Positions 5,701 to 11,766 of a DNA stretch of 11,766 bases are shown one piece after another. A model generated the notes under the pieces. The model was not told the DNA's origin. It saw only the letters and a list, made by a program, of their open reading frames with translations, and made no database searches. The DNA comes from Calditrichia bacterium (GTDB lineage Bacteria; Calditrichota; Calditrichia; RBG-13-44-9), in NCBI GenBank assembly GCA_037381445.1, contig JARRQT010000093.1, forward strand, positions 1-11,766. The letters are read 5' to 3'. The translations under genes were made by a program, and so were the position numbers. Every line of letters begins with the position of its first letter. The stretch's first letter is position 1.

Positions 5701-6704
5701 TCAATCGGATTTAATTCCCTTGAACATCATTCTGTTACCGGTGCTTACAAAAATTTCATTTTCAGCATTGATTATAATCGCATTTATGGAAGAATATTTC
5801 CTGGAACCATAGTTATAGGGGAGCCCCTGACTGAATTGAACAAGCTTATTCTCATTCTCCCTCATCAGGTAAACACCGCCATCCGTGCCGAAATAAATAT
5901 ACCCGCTTTTGCTTTGCCATACATCTTTAAATAAAAATGCAACTCCCTCAGAGGGAATCTTACGCCAGCCCGTATCCGCTGCCTCAAAGTAATAAGCGCC
6001 CCCGACACCTCCGGCATAAACCCTGTACCGAAAGTCAACGTATAAGCAGTTAATGGAAAGCATCACCATGTCATCGGCACGAATTTTTCCTGCCAGGTAA
6101 TTCCCGAATCCCGGCTTAAATATAACCCGTAGCCCGTAGCTGCAAAAATGCGGCCTTTCGAATCAAAGGTCAAAGCAGATATGGACGCCGGAAAACTGCC
6201 ATGAATTAATTTTATCAGATGGATCCAGTCTGTTCCCCCGTCATATGACCGGTAAATATTCCCGTCATGGGTGCCTGCATAGATAACGCCTTCGCTGTCA
6301 AATACCAGACAACTTATTTCTTTATCACTTAATCCCATCGATGCCCAATTATCAGACCCGATGCTTTTCCCATAAACCCCTCTCCCCCACGTCCCTGCAA
6401 AAAGCTGGTCTGAGGAATTAACGACTATCGAATTTATGCGAAGCCGAGGCAATCCATCGTTGTCCCCGGTCCAGGTAAGGCCTTCATCCGCACTTTTAAA
6501 AACACCGGTTTCGGAGGCTGCAAAAAGAATATTAGAATTGGAAATAGTCAGCGAATAAATCTGACTGTTCGGAGAATTAATCTGTTTCCAGACAGTCGTT
6601 TTATTCTCCCTGGATGCCGTTATTTCCAATTCATTGCGGCAGGAAACCAACAGAATAAAAATTAAAATGCCCGCACCAACCAGACTGCTTATCCATTTGA
6701 CCAT
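5701..6704 (-). pseudogene. Beta-propeller (BNR/YVTN-like repeat) lipoprotein split by a 1-bp frameshift (ORFs 6063..6704 and 5701..6069)
   Basis: Lipobox LLVSC after a hydrophobic stretch, RBS GGGAGG, and Asp-box repeats SADEGLTW, SYDGGTDW and SRDSGITW with I-x-S-L...FAGT blades. The second ORF continues the same repeats and has no RBS or signal peptide. One extra A in the A5 run (6084-6088) would fuse them as WQEKIRADDMVMLSINCLYVD. Confidence 0.75.
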
Positions 6705-6977
6705 GGCGTCCTCCCGGCTCCTTAGTTTGGGATTGCGAATTTATCTCAAAGCTGCTAATCGGCTCTGGTCGCCTTTTCTGACGCTATTAGTATTCTGCAG
6801 AGATGTCAAAACAGAGCATCTTCCATTTCCGGCCGGGTTTCCGGCAAAATTCTGACGCATCCTTGAAATCCATGTTGATAAAACTATCCGGATGGCATAA
6901 AATATTAATATCCCGAAACCAAATGGAAACAAGTATCAGAAACAATCTAAAATGCTCCGAACTGCATTTATTTAGGG

Positions 6978-8345
6978 CTACTTAATCAACAGACATTTTT
7001 TTATCAGACTTTTTCCATTCCCAAATTGAATTCGGTAAAAATAAACTCCCGAACCCACAGTATTCGGATTCCATCTTGCTGTATGCCTTCCCGGGGTTTG
7101 GTTTCTATCTTCTATGATATCTACGAGTCGGCCTGATATGTCAAAAATTTTAATATTAACATGGGATTCAACGGGCAAATAGTACCCGATGAAGGTAGAA
7201 GAATTAAATGGATTCGGATAATTTTGAAATAAACTGAACTTGTTGTTCACAAGCGGTCCGTTCTTTTCCCGGACGCCTGTCAATTTTGTTATAAAGAAGC
7301 CATTGGTATTGTTGCTCCATAAAGTGTCGCCGACGACATTCTGTGCCAATATTTTCCAAAAATATGTCCTTCCGCTCTCCAGATTTGGGATTACGCAAGA
7401 GGTATCTCCATCGATCTCCTCAATTCTGGGCGAGAGAAATTCATAATTGTCATCCAAGTACAATATGTATCGCAGCTCTGAAGGATAAAACACCGTTTTA
7501 TCGCTCGCCTGTTCCCATTTAAACTCTGGGTTTGTTGTTTCGGTCGTGGCGCCATTTTTGGGCTCCAAAAGCGAAAAATCCGTTAGCGTGTGTACTTGCG
7601 GTTGCGATGAAATTACATCGGCATTCCCCAATATTATGCCATTATTTTTATTTTTCGAGATATCGTCTATTTGTAATACGGTATCGTTCTCTGTCTTTAT
7701 TTCATGAAACGAATTAAATTTCCAGTACGCGATCAGGCCGCTGTCAGGTGTATCAGTAAATTCGGGACCCAGCTCCCTGTGCATGGTGCGTTGGATTTGA
7801 CTTTGCGTTCTGGCTTTATTCCAGATTCGAACTTCGTCGATAGCGCCATGAAAAGCCCGGTTATTCAGTTCATTATTGCCAATATAAAGATCCGATGCAT
7901 TTACACTGATCACTGTTGGAGAATAAAGCTCGGTTCTGGTTTTGCCATTGACATATATCTTCACCATGTGACCGTCGAAAGTCCCTGCGACATGCATCCA
8001 TTTGTTAAAAATGAGGGTGTCGGCCGATACCGGATTTTTATTGATGTTAAGGCTTGGTCCTCCGTTGACTAGGTCAATCAAAAACAGAAAACGATCATCA
8101 TTGAGATTGTCCGAGCGGTCAACAATTCTGGGGAAATTCGAATTGAACGGCGGCACCAGATCTACCCCGGCCTCGATTGTCAATTGGGTCGATAAACTGT
8201 CCAGGCTGGAGTCGATATCTTTTACGAGGAGCCCGGCCTTGTTGCCATCGAGGAACAAGACATTGCCGGGGATTTGCGCAAAAGCCAAACTGCAAAACGA
8301 AATAATAACCGAAATGAAAACGATTTTGACGTTCAGGTCTCTCAT
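6978..8345 (-). CDS. Secreted LamG-like jellyroll protein with Ig/FN3-like module and C-terminal T9SS-type-A/FlgD-like sorting domain
   Basis: Signal peptide ending SLAFAQ. LamG motifs WMHVAGTFDG..VKIYVNG, FHGAIDEVRIWN.AR and GLIAYWKF. Ig-like LLEPKNG...F.W...YFWKILA. C-terminal LFQNYPNPFNSST...IFDISGRLV...SGVYFYRI...KKCLLIK. RBS AGGAG. Confidence 0.88.
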   Translation of the reverse strand: MRDLNVKIVFISVIISFCSLAFAQIPGNVLFLDGNKAGLLVKDIDSSLDSLSTQLTIEAGVDLVPPFNSNFPRIVDRSDNLNDDRFLFLIDLVNGGPSLNINKNPVSADTLIFNKWMHVAGTFDGHMVKIYVNGKTRTELYSPTVISVNASDLYIGNNELNNRAFHGAIDEVRIWNKARTQSQIQRTMHRELGPEFTDTPDSGLIAYWKFNSFHEIKTENDTVLQIDDISKNKNNGIILGNADVISSQPQVHTLTDFSLLEPKNGATTETTNPEFKWEQASDKTVFYPSELRYILYLDDNYEFLSPRIEEIDGDTSCVIPNLESGRTYFWKILAQNVVGDTLWSNNTNGFFITKLTGVREKNGPLVNNKFSLFQNYPNPFNSSTFIGYYLPVESHVNIKIFDISGRLVDIIEDRNQTPGRHTARWNPNTVGSGVYFYRIQFGNGKSLIKKCLLIK

Positions 8346-8591
8346 AGGATTTCTCCTTTTATTGTAATCCGAAGCATTGTAAAAAAATTCGGCCCCGGCG
8401 CAGGGTAATTTACTTTTTGGCTATTCAGATTTCAACCGGTGAAACAATTAAAAAGTCACGCTCCTTTTTGTAACTTATAAGATCTCCCGGAGCAGTCTGC
8501 AGCCCAATCCTTGACCATCTCATTTATCCAAGCATGCAAATTCAACAGAACGCATTAACTGCCACTATTTTCATCATACCTTTCGATTCAA

Positions 8592-11222
8592 TCAATGAAA
8601 ACTTAACTGAAATTCAAGCAGAATCTGCCGGGGCGTTCCCCACAGGTCTCTTCCCAGGCCCTGATTAGGATCGCGGTAGGCTTCGCCATTCTTGAGATTC
8701 ACATTTTCATAAAGCCGGACGTAGGCATCTCCGCCCAAGTAATTCCTATATGCATCAAGGCGTGGATCATGGATAAATCCGTCATCCGAGGCGGTCCCGG
8801 TCAGGGAGTAAACATTTATCATATTTTTGCGATTGAAAAGATTTATAACATTCAGCGATAGACGCAGTTCAAGGGCACTGCTCAATTGAACAAACTTATA
8901 TAATTTCATATCGAAATTGTGGTACCAGGGGGTTGTGCTGACACTTTTTCCAAACCCCACTCGTGGATCCATATTCGTCGTTACTCCCCCCAGGTAGGGA
9001 TCAGACTGCCCAAAAGAGGAACCGTCAACTTTATTGAAATAATGACCGCTGTTAAAGCTATAGACGATCCCCAGGCCGGATTTCCTGAAGATCGACTTTG
9101 TTTTCCGGCCGTCAAAATGATAATCCAGCAGAAAAGCGCCGCGGTGTCTTTGCACATATGGCGCTTTGCCTGTGGTTTCATAGCCATAGAGATTTTTACT
9201 CTTGATTACGGTGTTTGTATAGGTATAATCAAGGGTTGCCTGTAAGCCGTATAACCTCCGACTGTGGAATGCCGCTCCGAATGTTTCGCTATCCAGGGGT
9301 AAATCGCTTCCAATAATTTTGGAGGAACGAACCATTAACTGAAGATTCAATTCCCCTGCACTGCATGGCCCGAACAATGCACCTACTCCGGTTTGGTTCG
9401 TTTCAAACGCGCTGGAAAACCGGTGCATGCCGCCCGACAATTCCAGAAGCGTCGGTTCCAATTCCGCAATCAAATTCGGCGAGATTTGAAGGTATTTCCC
9501 GTAGCCTGCATTCAGCCTTACAAAGGCAGACGGACGATAAGATAATCCGATCCGCGGGAGAAAGCGTTTTTCGGAAGCTTTCCTGGCAAAAGAATCATCC
9601 GTAATCTGTCCGGTCTGAGGATCAAAGATAAAATCCTTTAAATACCAGTACCCCGGATCTATGGTCTCATATCTCAAGCCGGCCGTGACCTGAAAAGAAC
9701 CCAAATCGATTTTATCCTGGAAATACCAGGCGGTCGAACGGGGTTTGAACGGGCCGTCCCAAGAATCTTTGGAAATTTCACCCCCATATAAATCATATCC
9801 ATAATTGTAAACCTGTCCGAAGCGACCCCAGTCGGACGGAGGAACATCCTGGGGCCCTTCTGCTTCAGGATACACGGAATAAACGGAAATGACATCGGGT
9901 TCTATGGAAAAATACCGCTGCTTATAGCGGCGGTCCGTCATGCCGACCTGCAGGTTCAGCAGATTTGAAAATTTATAATAGAGATTACCGGAAATCTCCC
10001 TGAATTCCAGCTTCGACTTGAAATACTGATTTTCATACGGGGCGCCGGGTCCCTGAAATTTTATCCCATTGATCATGTAGTCCGAGGGTGCCCGGTAACG
10101 GCCCGGATAATTGATCCCTTTAGCGGCGTTGGCGGTGCTGTCGTACCATGCCAGATAATCCGATCCAAACAGATCATCTTTGCGTTCCACAAAACTATTA
10201 TAAGTGCTGTAGCGCAGTTCAGCCCTGCCCCGCGGATTGAACGCATAGTCCAGGCTGCCATCCAGAAAATAACTGTATTCATCATTATATGCTTTTCGAT
10301 CATTAAAATAGGATATGATCGGCGTCTCGTTCAAATGATCCCGGTTTTTCAGATAGGTGAAATCAATTCGACCGCTCAGTGGGCTGAAATCATAGACCAG
10401 ATTGCCGTTGAACGCCAGCCTTTCCTGTTTATTGGCCGGAGTGTTCCCGTCCCGGTAATTTATGTTCAGGGTATCAACTGAAGGATACATCATTATATTT
10501 ACCAAATTATCCATGGTGAATCCTTCCACAAATCGCCTGGCGCGGTCCCGTATGGGATTGAATTCCCCGGCCAGAAAGAAACGGATGCGCGGTGTGACCA
10601 GCGGCCCCGAAAGCATTGCCACGGTGCTTTGATAGCCATAGGAATAAGTGTTCAGGAATTGTTTGCCTTCTCGGGCAAAGCCATCGGTCCGGTAAAGAAC
10701 AGCGGCCTGCAGAGATTTACCTCCTGTCCGCATCCGGGCATCGATCATCCCGCCGCTCGCCCCGCCAAAATCACTGCGATAGGGCAAACTGCCGACGCGC
10801 AGTCCTTCCAATGCCTCGGGAATAATGTAGATGCCGCTCTTCCCCGTATAGAGGTTGTTAACATTGATTCCATTCAGATAGTACCCGGTTTGATAGTACT
10901 CGCTGCCAAACATGTAGATCAGGTTATCCTGCTGGATAACTCCCGGCTGCAGCGCCGCGTAATTATCGATTTCCCTCACCGCATAGTCATGATCAAGCGC
11001 ATATCGGGAAAGATAGCTGTTGAAACCGTTCGCTAACCGGAAATTCAATTCATTCAAATCCTTTTGGGAAGAATCCGAAACACTCGAACTTTCGCCGGAC
11101 TTCCCGATTGTAGCGGCCAGATGATGGCTGTCCAACGTCCGGGAATCTGCCGGATTTTGAGAGAAAGCTGAGGCAATCAATAAAATAATAAACATTAAAA
11201 TTTGCAGGAAAGCCTTTTCCAT
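8592..11222 (-). CDS. TonB-dependent-receptor-like outer-membrane beta-barrel protein
   Basis: Signal peptide, plug-like ALQPGVIQQ...GYYLNG...IPEALE...FGGASGGMI...RTGG, and barrel motifs YFQDKIDL...TAGLRYE, PRIGLSY...GYGKYLQ, DMKLYK...INLFNRKN and C-terminal GTPRQILLEFQLSF. Probable start is the ATG at 11222 after GGGGA (ORF track: 11249). Confidence 0.88.
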   Translation of the reverse strand: MEKAFLQILMFIILLIASAFSQNPADSRTLDSHHLAATIGKSGESSSVSDSSQKDLNELNFRLANGFNSYLSRYALDHDYAVREIDNYAALQPGVIQQDNLIYMFGSEYYQTGYYLNGINVNNLYTGKSGIYIIPEALEGLRVGSLPYRSDFGGASGGMIDARMRTGGKSLQAAVLYRTDGFAREGKQFLNTYSYGYQSTVAMLSGPLVTPRIRFFLAGEFNPIRDRARRFVEGFTMDNLVNIMMYPSVDTLNINYRDGNTPANKQERLAFNGNLVYDFSPLSGRIDFTYLKNRDHLNETPIISYFNDRKAYNDEYSYFLDGSLDYAFNPRGRAELRYSTYNSFVERKDDLFGSDYLAWYDSTANAAKGINYPGRYRAPSDYMINGIKFQGPGAPYENQYFKSKLEFREISGNLYYKFSNLLNLQVGMTDRRYKQRYFSIEPDVISVYSVYPEAEGPQDVPPSDWGRFGQVYNYGYDLYGGEISKDSWDGPFKPRSTAWYFQDKIDLGSFQVTAGLRYETIDPGYWYLKDFIFDPQTGQITDDSFARKASEKRFLPRIGLSYRPSAFVRLNAGYGKYLQISPNLIAELEPTLLELSGGMHRFSSAFETNQTGVGALFGPCSAGELNLQLMVRSSKIIGSDLPLDSETFGAAFHSRRLYGLQATLDYTYTNTVIKSKNLYGYETTGKAPYVQRHRGAFLLDYHFDGRKTKSIFRKSGLGIVYSFNSGHYFNKVDGSSFGQSDPYLGGVTTNMDPRVGFGKSVSTTPWYHNFDMKLYKFVQLSSALELRLSLNVINLFNRKNMINVYSLTGTASDDGFIHDPRLDAYRNYLGGDAYVRLYENVNLKNGEAYRDPNQGLGRDLWGTPRQILLEFQLSFH

Positions 11223-11591
11223 AATATCCCCTTTGAATTGTGGAGTCACATGAATTTCGAATATTTTTTAAAATACCAGCCGGGTTAGGCAGAAATCTGG
11301 AAATATCAATTTCCCCTTTATTCAGGTTTTTATGACGAATAACCAGGATTATTCCGTCATGCAAAATCAAACAGACGGCAGAACTTCTGTTCTTTTATAT
11401 CAGACAGCTATTCTCAAGAGATAAAAATGAAATTCCCGCGTACGGATGGTTAACCAAAAATTTTCCTTCCCTGAATCTTTCATGTAATGTGACAATTAAA
11501 TCTATTTTTACATATCCTGAAAATCAAGGAAAAGTTTTATTTTTCTCAAGCATGAATGATCTGTCAATTTAGAGGATTTCGCATCTGCGCT

Positions 11592-11614
11592 TTCAGAATT
11601 ATGTTCAGAATTAT
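11592..11614. repeat. Tandem direct repeat TTCAGAATTAT x2 (12-bp period)
   Basis: Exact 11-mers at 11592-11602 and 11604-11614 in the AT-rich region upstream of the receptor gene. Confidence 0.5.
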
Positions 11615-11766
11615 CATGATTCCTGGCCCTAAATGAAGTAAGGATTTCTATTTTTGCACTCAGATCGGGAGCAGAAAACCACCGCATCCTCAATCCACAA
11701 GTAGTGATTTAATACAAAGCTTGTTTATTATTGAATTTTCTTATTGTTGTTATGACATGCTTTTTT

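Noticed and set aside
5578..5934. 118-aa plus-strand ORF
   Set aside because: It is mostly antisense to the propeller gene, with no RBS or known motif.
6634..11370. Short ORFs overlapping or between the LamG and receptor genes
   Set aside because: They are antisense or alternative-frame shadows without motifs.
11508..11693. 61-aa minus-strand ORF
   Set aside because: It has a TTG start, no clear RBS and no recognisable domain, so it is probably intergenic.
1..11766. CRISPR array, tRNA/rRNA, integrase or transposase
   Set aside because: No regularly spaced repeats, cloverleaf or rRNA signatures, or recombinase motifs were seen.

Overview
Bacterial DNA with almost all genes on the minus strand. 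The QNYPNPFN-type C-terminal domain and the TonB-receptor style suggest an FCB-group-related lineage such as Calditrichota or KSB1 (inference only). Left part (1-4820): a metal/Fe-S cofactor operon of unknown function. In transcription order it holds two NifB/NifX (FeMo-co binding fold) proteins, two MinD-like ATPases with inserted 2x[4Fe-4S] ferredoxin (COG1149), a DUF5320 Gly/Arg-rich protein, an internally deleted CGGC-domain pseudogene and a small Cys-rich protein missing from the ORF track. A sigma70-like promoter overlapped by a Fur-like box sits upstream, with a second weaker box about 370 bp downstream. Middle (4976-5578): a multi-hairpin element on the + strand (ncRNA candidate) followed by a DUF2726-like pseudogene absent from the ORF track. 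Right part (5701-11222): a divergent TonB-dependent-receptor-like protein, a secreted LamG protein with a C-terminal sorting domain, and a frameshifted beta-propeller lipoprotein. I saw no rRNA, tRNA, CRISPR array or transposase. All family calls come from motif recognition, not database searches.
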